Source of the DNA: Felis catus
Taxonomy: Eukaryota
NCBI RefSeq assembly: GCF_018350175.1
Contig: NC_058368.1
Span: 192,512,001-192,576,000, forward strand
Length of the DNA stretch: 64,000 nt
Direction: 5' to 3'
The translations under genes and the position numbers were made by a program. Below, one piece after another: positions 1-11,486 of the stretch (positions are counted from its first letter, which is position 1; the number at the start of each line of letters is the position of its first letter). The notes below the pieces were generated by a model. That model made no database searches and was not told where the DNA came from. It saw only the letters and a list, made by a program, of their open reading frames with translations.

Positions 1-189
1 CCCAAGCACATCAGGGAGGAACGGGGATGGAACCCGCGGCCGGCCCTCTTCTGCAGAACATTCCACTGCCTGCAAAACTATGGGCAGATGCATATGGTTA
101 CTAGACTCTTAGGAGTCAGGTCCTGCTTTTCAGTTCTCCTTTGTTGGTTGTTATCTTTGTTTCCCTGACCGTGTGCTGTAGGCTAAGGA

Positions 190-990
190 TGTAACTCTAG
201 AGTCGCCATTGTAAAGGCAATTAGATAACTTTAATGAAGAATGCCAAACAAAAAAAATCTGACTTATGGCAAGATATATCATGATTAGCCGTAGACGATG
301 TCAACTCTTTCCAGCTTATAAGTGCAAAGCAATACAATCAAAACACCACTGAGGGCTTCTGCAGAATTTAATACACTTATTCTAGAATGACATGGAAGAG
401 GAAACAACAGTCAAGAAATTCGCGAAACTGGAAGACGCAGAAGGGACACATCTCCTATCAGATAGCCAGACTTAGTATAAAGGCTTTTTACCTATAATTA
501 AGAGAGTACTGCTCTGGGACTACATATTAAGAAAAGAAAAAGCATCAGGAAAACCAGTCTTATCTCACCACTTTGGTCGTGAAAGAAACCCAAGTGAAAA
601 CACAGTCACCTTTTATACCCATCAGACGGCCAAGGATGAAGAATGACAATTTTCAGGATTGGGGACACGTGAGAAATCAGACACTCTCTACACTGATGTC
701 TGCACGTGTAGGTAGGGGGATTGAGAATGAGTCAAACATTCCTGGGAAGGGGTTTGGTAATATATATCAAAATGCAATGTGCCATGCTCCTTGACCCAGA
801 GGATCCCCCTCCAGAATTTATCCTTATGTCATGAATGATGTCTCTTAACGGCATTGTTTACAATAGGAAGATGTTGGAAGCTGCTTCAACGTCCATCAAT
901 AAGAGATTGGTCAAATAAATCATGGTATGCCCATACAACACAAGTATCACAAAAGATTAAAAACGAAAGTATAGACCAACAGCACTGACA
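190..990 (+). mobile_element. Ancient LINE-1 (L1ME/L1MC-like) fragments
   Basis: Degenerate L1 ORF2-end/3'UTR phrases: 'caatacaatcaaaacaccac...ttattctagaatgacatggaag', 'ttgacccagaggatccccctccagaatttatcct', 'gtccatcaataagagattggtcaaataaatcatggtatgcccataca'. Boundaries approximate. Confidence 0.7.
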
Positions 991-1019
991 AAGATGATTG
1001 AGTAAATAACAAAGATTGC

Positions 1020-1530
1020 CTTGACCCCACCGCTCAGAAATAATTACTGGTAAACATTCTGTTTATATTTTCCCAGCCTTTTTTCCATGCATGCACACAT
1101 GTTATTGAAAGAAATGGAATCGTACGATATGTATTACTTTGTAACTAGCAATTTAAATACATATTGAATACTGTGATTCTTTCCAAAGGCATAATTTTAT
1201 ACTAAAAAGGCTACTTTCATTAATTTTTAATTTCACAAAGTGCATTCTCATGTAACAATGCAAACATTACAGGTAAAGCAAAATCTCTGTCTCTTCCTCC
1301 TCAGAAATCACGGCGTTGGGTGTGCATTTCTGCAGATCTTCCCCCAGACTTTTCAGGCTACTCATACTCATATATATGCACATGTAAACATGGAGTTATG
1401 TGTTTATATTATTTCATAACTTGGTTTGGTAAATTAGCAGTATGATTTGGAACTCTGCGAGGAACCAGATACATTTTACTATTTTATTTGTTGGCCCGTA
1501 CTCCATTTCCTTATTGATGGCCATTTAATA
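1020..1530 (-). mobile_element. Ancient L1 3' fragment(s), antisense
   Basis: AT-rich block with L1ME-type antisense phrases ('ataattactggtaaacattctgtttatattttccc', 'ctccatttccttattgatggccattta'). Confidence 0.5.
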
Positions 1531-1660
1531 GTAAAAAAACGAAAAGATAAACAAGAAACAAAGCGTATGAAGCAAGGGTGAGGAAGGGCGGGAGATCTTG
1601 AAGAGGAAAATAGACGAGGAGCCTTCCAGGTTAATGAGATTTTTAGAGGTCCCTTGATTT

Positions 1661-1674
1661 CCACTAGAGGGAGA
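1661..1674 (+). promoter_or_regulatory. CTCF-like motif
   Basis: CCACTAGAGGGAGA resembles the CTCF core CCACYAGRKGGCR and sits at the edge of the CpG-rich patch. Confidence 0.45.
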
Positions 1675-1679
1675 CAAAG

Positions 1680-2130
1680 CCACACGGACGAGAAGTCTCC
1701 TCATGTGCCTTAACCGTAGCCTTTCGCGATTTTCCATCATTTTCTAGCCCCCTCCTCCCACCATGCCAGCTTTTCAAACGCGCCATCACTTTCTCAGGAT
1801 TGGGGGCCACGAGTCTTCGCAGGGCGTTCGCCCTGTTCATGCACATTCATCCAAACTCTAGAGAGCCCGCCCGGAGGAGCAGCCGACGGCTAGCAGATGT
1901 GCGGTCCAGGCGCGCGTGGCGAGTCTCGGGCCCAAAGATGCGCGCAAATTCTAGGACCCTAACCTCCAGGTCCCCAGCATCAGGCTTTGGGATTTATCGC
2001 CCCCTCGTGGCGGGATTTGTTAGCGCGCCCCGCTCTCGGCCGCGAGAGCTCGGAACTGGTACAGCAGGTGTCACCAGTCCGCAAACAACTGAGGTCACGG
2101 TGATGTGGCGCTCCCAACACACCGGCTCTG
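1680..2130. promoter_or_regulatory. Small CpG island / promoter-like patch
   Basis: Locally dense CpGs (cgcgcg, gcgcgc, ccgcga) against a CpG-depleted background. Contains TGCGCGCA (NRF1-like) and TTTCGCG / TAGCGCGC (E2F-like) strings. Confidence 0.6.
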
Positions 2131-2649
2131 AGAAATCCCCCCCCTCCCCACTTTCCAGGGCTCCCCAAAGTGGAGGTGCAGGGACAGGGGAGATACAGAA
2201 CTCCACCTGCCAAGCATGGTGGAGCTTCCCCTGTCTTAGCACGGTTTGTCATCACACATTTAACTTCCACTTTTTGCACGTGCCCAGCTCCGTGCTGAGA
2301 CTATGGGTGTGTGTCTGTCGGGGAGGGGAAGTACGAAATAAGATCAGATCCCACCTCTGTCCTCCACCTCTCCAGCTTGCCCGCCCTCTGATCCCGGGCC
2401 TGGGGGACGAACCCAGCCCCTCCCCCTCCCCTGCCCTCCCCTTAAGGGGACAGAGAGCAGCAGCAAGTCCTCTGAGAGGTGTCCTGGGAGAACGGAAATA
2501 GCTCTGGGCAGGGAGCCTGCAGGCTGGTTCTCCCCCGGCCTGGCAGTTCCTTGCTGTGGGACTTGCTTTGGTCTGGCCCCCTGGTGGTTCTCTGTCTCTG
2601 CCTCCCTGGGAGAGCCTCTCAAACTTTCACCCCCGGAGTTGCTGCTTAC

Positions 2650-2727
2650 CTGGGTGATCAGCCCTGGAAGCAGCTGTGGTGCCTCCTTGGACTCGGTGTT
2701 GAGCTGGCTCCTTCTCCCAGGGGGCAT
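2650..2727 (-). other. Candidate internal exon (78 nt)
   Basis: Minus strand reads tctgaccgtcctcccccttccctccctgaacag|ATGCCC...ACCCAG|gtaagc: branch-like CTGAC, polypyrimidine tract, CAG acceptor and consensus donor. No recognisable protein. Confidence 0.4.
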
Positions 2728-5391
2728 CTGTTCAGGGAGGGAAGGGGGAGGACGGTCAGAACCTGTGTCCCTGCCATTCTGAGCGAAACCCAGGAACCTG
2801 GGCCAGGTCACCCCTCGGTGGGGTCACCCCCACCCCTCCCCAGGCTGACGGGCTTCCTCCTCCGGCCGTGAGTAGTTCTTTCTCGGTGCTTCAGTTCCCA
2901 GCTTAAACTAATATTCTGAATTAGAGGCCGACACTTAAAAATAAGGAGAGTTACCTCCAAATTCCCAGCTTGTTGTGAAAGACTCAAGGTTCTGCCTCCA
3001 TTGGCCTGACTTCCTCCAGGTGGGGCTGAGCAGAGGCTGCCTGTCGCAGGTGTGGACTCTGGCTGCTGGTTTGCTGTGGGCCACCTAGCCCTGGACACCC
3101 GCCCACAGGAGCTGCCTGGCCCTGTGAGCGCCGGGGCCCCTGGTCTGGGCAGGAGACATCCCTGGGCAGAGGCAGTGTCTGTTTCCCTAGTGCCCAGCCC
3201 TGGGGCCTGGAGCATGGTGGGAACACAGTAACTACTAGCTGAATAAATGAATGAATCAACGCATGTTTCTGACATTAAATCTCACATCCCTCACCCAGGC
3301 ATTCAGGGCCTCCTTGATCCTGTCCCAAACTACCAATGACGATGACAGTGGTGGAGTTGGTGTGCACGATAGCAGTCCCCCGTGTGTGACTTTGTAGCCC
3401 TTTACAAAGCCCCACTTAACTCCTGTCAGCAGCCCTTTGGGGTCTATTTCCTCCCATTTCTCAAATGAGGAAAGCAAGGCTCAGAACGGTGAAGCGATCT
3501 GTGCGGGATCATGGGACCCTCTCAAGGCGCCTGCTAGCATGCAGCTTCCCAGCACTCCTCCTTCCGGATTTCTGGCTGTGGCCACAAGCTGCCCGAGGAG
3601 GTTCTGATGTGCCAGCACATTTGGGATCCTTGCCTGTTAGAAGCACTGCCCTCAAGGACCCAAATAGGGGCCCTGGAAAACCCTCTGTCCCACCAGGGAC
3701 CTGGGAGCCTTCAAGCAGAGATGGGACATTCATCTACTTATTAACTCATCCATTCACAAGGCCCTATGCTGGGCACTCAACAGTGAGCAGAGCAGACCCC
3801 ACCCCTGCCTTGGAAACTTAGAACCTAGTGGGGGAGTCAGAAAGTAACCAATATACAATGCAAAATGTGCTCTGAAGGAAAAATGTGGAGATGCATGAGA
3901 AGGGATCAGAAAGTCCAGCTCCTGCGGGGGGCAGCAGGGAAGCTGAGCTCTGAGGGAGAAGTGGGAGCTGGGGAGATCCCCTCCACAGGCTGGGGTGTGT
4001 GGGTAGGACATTTGGAGTACAGGGAGGAGGGCACAGAGGATGGTGTGTTCCCTGTCGTTCATACTGGTTTCCCGACATCTTGAGCAAGTCATGTCCAGTC
4101 TCTGGGCCTCACTCTCTGTACCTGTGAAATGGGTGCGATGAGCGATGTGAGGAGATCGGACAAGACTTTGTCATCTCTTATCTGTGTAGAAAGGGAATCA
4201 AGCTGGGGAGGGGCTGCCTTTGTGCCTGTCCCCCTCTTTCCTGGCTGGAAAAGGCTTAGCGTACTCCAGGACGAAATCAGGCAGCTTCTCCAGTTATCAT
4301 CATAAATCTCTCCCCGACCTTGGGATGTTGATTAGCACTCCCAGACAGGGAGTTCACTTTGGTTTTCTTTCAGCACCTGGAAGGCTGTGCCCACCCATCT
4401 CTATGCCGCCACCGAGAAGGCGTAGGCCTGGCTCAGGGTGTTGCCCTCACCCAGGCCTGGGAGAAACCCTGGCCACTCCCAAGCCCCTCCTGACATTTAT
4501 GAGGTGCTGCTGAAGGGGGGGCCCTCCCCAAACCCCGAAGGAATGTTAATTGGCTGAAGCTGTTGCCTATGCACCCGCTGGGGCCCGAGTTATTACTGTT
4601 TTATTTTTATTTGTGTCTTCCCAGAGGTGCCTGGGTTGGGCTGAGCGGCTGGCCACCTCTCCACACTGGAACCAGAGATGGGAAGGGGCTAGGGGTGTGG
4701 TGGGGGCACAGAGGACCCTCAACTTATCCCCGACTCCCACCCAGCTTCCTCCTCTTGTTGGGGTCTCAACTCAGGGACACGGTGAAGAGAAAGTTCTGAA
4801 AGGGAATGAAACGCAGAGCTGACAGCACAATTTTGGGGTCATACCCACAACGGTACACAAGCTGGCTCTACACTCCTTGGTTTGTGTGGCCCCAGAAGGT
4901 ATAACCTGTCTTATATAATAATACTGAGCTTTCCTTGTGCTGTCCTGAGGAATAAAGGAGAAAAGGAGGATACTCAGCACACAGTGGTTACAATGATCAT
5001 AAGAAAGGCCATCTGGGGAGAGGGCAAGTGTAAAGACAGAATACTGAGTGAGTCACAGCTGGATAGACCCTTCCGGAGCAGCTGTCTTACTGTCCAGATG
5101 CAGAAACTAGCCGGTCTAGGGAAGGAGATGTGTGTGGAGTCCTTTGCAGCAGACATGAACCTGGGGCCCAGGTCTTTCTTCAACGTCCACTAGAGTCTGA
5201 GGGAGTCTGAACCCGGGGAAGGGGGTTCTGACTCCCGTTGACAAAATGGCTCCACTGGCTTCTCCCACAAGGGTGCTCTACAGGGTAGGCATGTAGAGGG
5301 TCTTGGCTTGAATTTGCCAAAAAGATCCCTCGTTTCAAACCCTCAACCCGTTTCTAGATCAGAGAGATGCTCTTTTGCTATCACAGACTGG

Positions 5392-5488
5392 CTCCCTTTC
5401 TTCCTCCCTTCCTTTTTGCCTCCCTTCCTTTCTCCTTCTGCCTTTCTCTTCCTTCCTTCCTCCTCCCTCCCTCCAACCTTCCTTTCCC
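5392..5488. repeat. CT-rich low-complexity tract
   Basis: Imperfect (CCTT/CCCT)n. Confidence 0.85.
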
Positions 5489-5599
5489 AGCTCACTAATT
5501 ATTTCATCCATTTACTCACTACATGTTGGGTGCTGTGGTAGGCCCTTTCCTCCATCATTTCTCAGCCTGTAAATAACTGTGCTGAGCTTCTGATTACAA

Positions 5600-5930
5600 A
5601 AATCTGACTCAATTTTTAAATTTCTCATATAATGACATGCTAGAGCTAGGCAGTCTATGACGGAGATGGCTGTTCCAGAATCTCATTAATAACTAGGATT
5701 GTTCTGCTCCACCATGTTTAGGCCTCCTTCCTTGAGGTAACCTCATGGTCCAAGATGGCTGTTGGAACTCTAGCCATCACATCTGAGTTCTGGAGTTCTA
5801 TACAAGGAAAAGAGTAAAAGGCACACTTCTCATCCTACTCAGTTGTCTTTCAAGCTTGGAAGTCCTTCCTACCCAGTGACTTTTGCTTTAATCTTGTTGG
5901 CCTCGGTCTGCAAAGGAGATCATGAAATTC
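5600..5930. mobile_element. Old ERVL-MaLR LTR relic (MLT1J/K-like)
   Basis: 'cctcatggtccaagatggctgtt...agccatcacatctgagttc' is typical of old MLT1 LTRs. Confidence 0.45.
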
Positions 5931-7664
5931 AGTTCAGAGAACAGATAATGGAGGTAGGACGTGAGCAGTTTTTTCCACAACTCCCAATGACCTTTGTCTC
6001 CTGGGACCTTGGGAATACCTTGTCTCCTGCACCTTCCCCAGCAGCAAACAGCTGTCCCCATAAGCAAAGCTGAGGTCTCCCCTTCATTTCCTTGTTCCTC
6101 CCCACGTTGTCTCCAACTTGTGTTCTGGGAGGGGAAACCACAACTGTTAGACACGTTCTGGAAGGGTTAAAAGACAACTGAAAAATCTGTACTATAAACC
6201 ACTTTTATTTGCTCTCCAACAGCGTAAAAGTCTTAACATTTGTATCAAGACTGAAAATCAAAGGAAGGAAAGATCGTGCCTGCCATCTCACAGACATGTC
6301 AACCCTGCTGAACACAGTCGCCCGTGTCCCTGCACCCATTTTAGCGTTGCTTCCCTCAGGTCTGGCAGCTCCCTGGCATTCGCTCTACATTCCAGATGAT
6401 TTTTGCTAGAAATTCATTGCATTAGCCCTGCCTAATCGAAATCCTTCCAAACACTAACCCTGTCAGTCCTCGGAGTACTTCTGGGGCCGTAAATATGAGT
6501 TTCTTCATGTTATAGAAAAGAAACGGAAGCTCAGGAATTATACTAGCTATGCTACTACGACGACTACTAAGAATAGCTGTAATTTATTGAGCACACAGTA
6601 TGTATCAGACCAGGGGCTAAGCCCTTTTCATGCATCCATCCAGTCTATACTTACTTGGGGGTCCGTTACGTCAGGCGCTGGGCTGGGAGCTGGTGATAGG
6701 ATGGTGAATTAAACAGAACACGACCACCTGGGGCTTACAGCTGGGGCGCAGGCTTGGGAAGGGACACAGGAAATAAGCAAGTCAACAGGTGTGATTGCAA
6801 ACTGGGGAGGCACTGGGGCAGAACAGACAACACTTCCTTTCTGGAAGTGGCATTGAGTCAGACCCAGAGAGATCTGCCTCTCGATCTGATAAACTAGGAA
6901 ACTGGGGCTCAGACAGACAAAGTATGTGGCCAAGTGTCACCGAGCTAGTTAGCGGAGGTGCCTGGACCTCAGTTTGCTCCCAATGGTTGGCACCTGCTCT
7001 GTGCCCAGTCTTTGGGACCCCACAGCCCCCCCCCCATCCCTACACTGAGTGCTTCATCTTGCCACTCACAAGTAGGCTGCAAAGTCAGGACTGGGGCTTG
7101 GACTCTGACTCCCCACCCAATGCTATGTTTTTTCCTCAAGAGCTAGCCAGGAGCCCTCTGGGTGGGGGGCTCAGGGACCCCAGTGACCCACAAGGGTGCC
7201 CGAGGTGAGCTTCTCAAACATCAGGTGGTGCTGGCATGACTGCAAATTCTAGATGCCATCGTAACAACAGCTTCACAATAATGACTGAATAACAACTTAC
7301 TTAAGAAGTTTAACCCAAACCAGCCCTCATTTAATTAGGGGTATCATCAAAACCAGCTCTGGTTCTCCCCTAGTCCTTGGGCCAATTTTGTGTGTGTGAG
7401 AGTGGGTGGGGCAGAGGGTCTGTGGGGATCTTCCATCAGCCTGTGTGGCTCTCAGATGGGAAACGTTCCCACCAGGAACGCAGGCTCCCAGGAGGGGTGT
7501 GGCTGAGCGCCCCTTGTCCCTGGGACCCCCCATTTTGGGGTTTACAGCATTCACCTTGCCTGAAGCCTGTGTCTTAGTGCTCCTACTGCGTGACGCCTGA
7601 GTTCCTGGACGAGGAGTAGAGCTCACCTTTCCCTCGGGGGGCTCAAAGTCAATGTCCCCTATTT

Positions 7665-8010
7665 GTTTTCACTTGTGAACATTTCCAAACCTACACAAAA
7701 GCAGAGAGTGCAGTCGGCCCCCGTGTGCCATCGCTCAGCTTCAGCAACTGTCCACACGTATCCATCGCTCGTCCTTCTCCACCTTTACCGTCTTCTGTGC
7801 AGAGTGTCGTAGAGCAGATCTCAGGAGTCGTGTCTCTCGCTTCTAAATTCCTCAGTATGCGTCTCATAAAACAGAGAAACATTTTTTTCTGTAATCACAA
7901 AGCGATTATTACACTCGCCAAAATTAAAATTATCCCAATATTCAAGAAATGTGTTTACAGTTGGCTTATGCAAATGAAGTGCCAAACAAGGTCTACTTGC
8001 CACGTTTATT
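7665..8010 (-). mobile_element. L1MC4/5-like 3' fragment
   Basis: 'aacatttccaaacctacacaaaagcagagag...ctcagcttcagcaact...ctcagtatgcgtctc...taatcacaaagcgattattacac'. Confidence 0.55.
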
Positions 8011-8016
8011 AATTTC

Positions 8017-8068
8017 TCTTAAATGTTTTTATTTATTTTTATTTTATTTTTTTTCTTAAATGTTTTTA
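8017..8068 (-). mobile_element. Tail-only retrotransposon insertion with 15-bp TSD
   Basis: tcttaaatgttttta at 8017-8031 and 8054-8068 flanks a 22-nt T-rich tract. Confidence 0.6.
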
Positions 8069-8317
8069 AAAGTCCCTTAAAATATACCACAGTTTCCTTT
8101 CCTCCCTCCCTCAATCGTCATGACACTGATTTGAATCTAACTCATTTCGACAGATATTTATTGAGTGCTTGACTGCTTTATACCAGGCACCGGGCTAAAT
8201 GTTTTGCTACTTTTAACAATGACTACCCTTTCTTTAGTCTTACTGTGTGCCAGGCTTTGTGTTAGCATTTTGTATATTTTGTGTCAGATTCCCCTGAGGT
8301 AGATATTGTTGTCTCTA

Positions 8318-8686
8318 TTTCCTTCCTTCCTTCCTCCCTCTTCCTTCCTTCCTCCTTCCTTCCTTCCTCCTTCCTTCCTTCTTCCCTTCCTTCCTCCTTC
8401 CTTCTTTCCTCCTCCCTTCCTTCCTTCTTCCTTCCTCCCTCCCTTCCTCCTTCCTTCCTTCCTCCCTTTTATTTCTTCCTTCCTCCCTTCATCCTTCCTT
8501 CCTTTTCTTCCTTCCTCCTTCCTTCCTCCTTCCTTCCTTCCTCCCTTCACCCTCCCTTCCTTTTCTTCCTTACTCCTTCATTCCTTCCTCCCTTTCCCTG
8601 CCCCCTCCCCCTTCTTTCCTTCTTCCTTCTTCCTTCCTTCCTTCCTTCCTTCCTTCCTTCCTTCCTTCCTTCCTTCCTTCCTTCCT
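8318..8686. repeat. Long polypyrimidine (CCTT/CCT)n tract ending in pure (CCTT)n
   Basis: About 370 bp of almost only C/T, lying inside a MIR remnant. Confidence 0.95.
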
Positions 8687-8768
8687 TGTAGTTGAAGTGC
8701 CAAGAAAGCAGGGGAGCAAGTAACCTGCTCAAGGTCACACAGCTAGGAAGCAATAGAACTAGGTTTTA

Positions 8769-8990
8769 TTTTTTGTATTTTTTAAAGCTTAATAATTGAG
8801 AGAGAGAGGGAGAGAGAGAGAGCAAGCAGGGGAGGGGCAGAGCGACAGGGAGAGAGAGATAATCTTAAGCAGGTTCTGCACTGTCAGCATAGAGTCCGAT
8901 GCAGGGTTCGAACTCACCAACTGTGAGATCATGACCTGAGCTGAAATCAAGAGTCCAATGCTTAACCCATTGAGCCACCCAGGTGCCCCC
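8769..8990 (-). mobile_element. Can-SINE (feliform)
   Basis: Ends ...tgagccacccaggtgccccc, has an (AG)n tract and T-rich tail. TSD agaact(a/g)ggtttta at 8755-8768 and 8991-9004. Inserted into a MIR. Confidence 0.95.
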
Positions 8991-9399
8991 AGAACTGGGT
9001 TTTAAACAAAGCACTGATGGCTCCAGAGTTATCCTTTCCCTGCCTCCCATGATGCAGATAGAGAGACTGCATCCTCAGTCAGAGGGAATTGGGGAGGATG
9101 CTTGTGGAGAAGGGCTAGTGAAGGGCTCCCCAAGGGCCAGGATGAAAGACTATGTCTTTAACCGTGATTAGCTGGATTAAATTCTACTTCCGGAGACCAT
9201 GTGAAATGGGACTTAAAAAAGGGAGAGCGATATGGGAAAGGTGAAACACTGAACTCATTTTATCCTAAAGTGACTGTCTATATGCATATGGTTATTTGTT
9301 CTATTCAGGTCACATGTAAACTGGGAGTTGGATAGTGGGTCAGCACATGGAGCTTTATAACAAAGTTCACTCTGTGAATTAGCCCAATTCTTTGAGCTG

Positions 9400-9645
9400 T
9401 GAAGGACAGAAACCCAACCGTAATGGGCTTAAGCAAAAATTATTTATTGGCTCAGTTCACTGAAAGGCCGGGGAGTGGTGGTGGAGGGCGGGCCATAACT
9501 TCAGGCACAGCTAGGTCCAGAGGACCAACAAAGTGAGCATCATTATAGTGCACTGAAAAGCCAGGGAGTGGTGGTGGTGGAGGCTGGGCAATAGCTTCAG
9601 GCACAGCTAGGTCCAGAGGACCAACATGTGAGGAGTATCATCATA
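9400..9645. repeat. MaLR-like LTR relic carrying a ~93-bp tandem duplication
   Basis: Units 9458-9550 and 9551-~9645 share an identical 32-mer, cttcaggcacagctaggtccagaggaccaaca (9499-9530, 9595-9626). Confidence 0.85.
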
Positions 9646-9669
9646 CACCAGGCACCAAGGCAAACTCTT

Positions 9670-9860
9670 TACAGTGACCCTCATACTGTCTTCCCAGATA
9701 AGCAGCATCACTTTCCCATTCTACAATTGAAGAAACTGAAGTTCAGGGAGATTAAGTGACTTCCTCAAGGTCAATGCAACTAGCAGGTTGTAGAATCAAG
9801 ACTTGAATCCAGTTGTGTCTGGAATTTGTCTGATTCCAAAGCTGGGCCTTTTGCTACTAG
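9670..9860 (-). mobile_element. MIR
   Basis: 'cccattctacaattgaagaaactgaagttcagggagattaagtgacttcctcaaggtca' is the MIR core, antisense. Confidence 0.75.
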
Positions 9861-10677
9861 GCAAACCCTGACTCCCTGCCTAATAGAAATCCCCATGACT
9901 GTGCTAGAGGCACTACAATAGCCCATGGCAAGTCCTGCTTAACCGATCTGCATGGTGACCACAAGGATCTGCCTCCAGATCCAGTTTCCTGTGTCCCTAG
10001 CCTGTGGGAAACACAAACATTCTAAAGCAGCCATTTCCTAACCTCTGCTTACTATGGCACTTTTCTTTATTCTTTAGGGGCATTATGTTGTAGGGGATAC
10101 AAAGGGGCTTGTGGGCAAACTATTCATCTGCTGATACATCCAACCAATATTTCTTGAGCACCTACTGTGTACCAGGTGCCTGAGCTAAGTGAGCTCTGTG
10201 TTGAAACTCACATCAGCCTCAATTACCATTGCCCCCACCTTACAGAAGACAGAGAAGTTGGGAACTTGCCCAAGGCTGCATGACTGGTGAAGGGCAGAAC
10301 TGCAGTTTAAACCCAGGTGGCCTGACTCTAGAGCCTGTGTATTCTGTTTGAAGAACTGAATAATGTAGTGAGACAATGTAGTAAGAAAGATGGAGACATG
10401 AAAGACAGTTGTGAAAAGGAAACAGTCATGAAGAGAGGGGTGGTGAAGTCAGCTGGGAGATGGCCACACTCTGTCACGCCGTGCAGCAATTAAACAGAAT
10501 GTGTGTGTATGGATGTGCAGATGATCTCCTAAGTATGCTATTGGAGAAAAATCAAGTTGCAGAACAATATACACAGTATGATAGCACTTATGTAAAACAA
10601 AATATTGTAATCTAAATGCACTGAAACACTTTGGGGGAAAATGACGCCAAATAGAAGATTAAAGTTACAGATTTCCA

Positions 10678-11251
10678 TCCTCAAAAAACTAAAAATAGAA
10701 CTACCCTACGGCCCAGCAATTGCACTACTAGGCATTTATCCACGGGATATAGGTGTGCTGTTTTGAAGGGACACATGCACCCCCATGTTTATAGCAGCAC
10801 TACCAACAATAGCCAAAGTATGGAAAAAACCCAAATGTCCCTTGGTGGATGAATGGATAAAGAAGATGTGGGATATGTATATACACATATATACATATAT
10901 ATGAAATCTTGGCATTTGCAACTACGTGGATGGAACTGTAGGGTTTGGTGCGAAGTGAAATTAGTCAGAGAAAGACCAAAATAATATGACTTCACTCATA
11001 TGAGGACCTTAAGAGACAAAACAGATGAAAATAAGGGAAGGGAAACAAAAATAATATAAAAACAGGTAGGGGAACAAAACAGAAAAGACTCATAAATATG
11101 GAGAACAAACTGAGACTTGCTGGAGGGGTGGTGGGAGGGGGGATGGGCTAAATGGGTAAGGGGCACTAAAGAATCTACTCCTCAAATCATTGTTGCAGTA
11201 TGCTAACTAATTAGGATGTAAATTTTAAAAAATAAAAAATTAAATTAAAAA
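10678..11251 (+). mobile_element. 5'-truncated carnivore/felid L1 (ORF2 end + 3'UTR + A-tail)
   Basis: 'aaaaatagaactaccctacggcccagcaattgcactactaggcatttatcc', G-rich 3'UTR and A-rich tail. TSD aaa(g/a)ttacagatttcca at 10661-10677 and 11252-11268. Confidence 0.92.
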
Positions 11252-11268
11252 AAAATTACAGATTTCCA

Positions 11269-11486
11269 GGGGCGCCTGGAGGCTCAGTTCGTTAAGCATT
11301 CAACTCTTGATTTTGGCTCAGGTCATTATCTCATGGTTCAGTTTGAGCCCCACATTGGGCTCGATGCTGACAGCGTGGAGCCTGCTTGGGATTCTCTCTC
11401 TCCCTCTCTCTCTGTCCTCCCTTGCTTACGCACGTGTGCGCATGTTTCTTCTCTCTCTAAAAATAAACAAACATCTAAATAAATGA
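11269..11486 (+). mobile_element. Can-SINE
   Basis: ggggcgcctggaggctcagttcgttaagc head, (CT)n and aataaa tail, followed by agatttcca (11487-11495). Confidence 0.95.

Noticed and set aside
1800..2501. 233-aa ORF over the first CpG patch
   Set aside because: Non-ATG start, GC-driven stop avoidance, Arg/Ser/Pro-rich and no recognisable domain.
4369..4390. REST/NRSE-like TTCAGCACC
   Set aside because: Only the left half-site matches. The GGACAG half is absent at the proper spacing.
8281..8753. Overlapping PSFL/RKEG-rich ORFs
   Set aside because: These are translations of the (CCTT)n tract.
9458..9645. Repeat-spacer-repeat pattern resembling CRISPR
   Set aside because: Only two units, the 'spacers' are homologous to each other, the context is mammalian and there are no cas genes.
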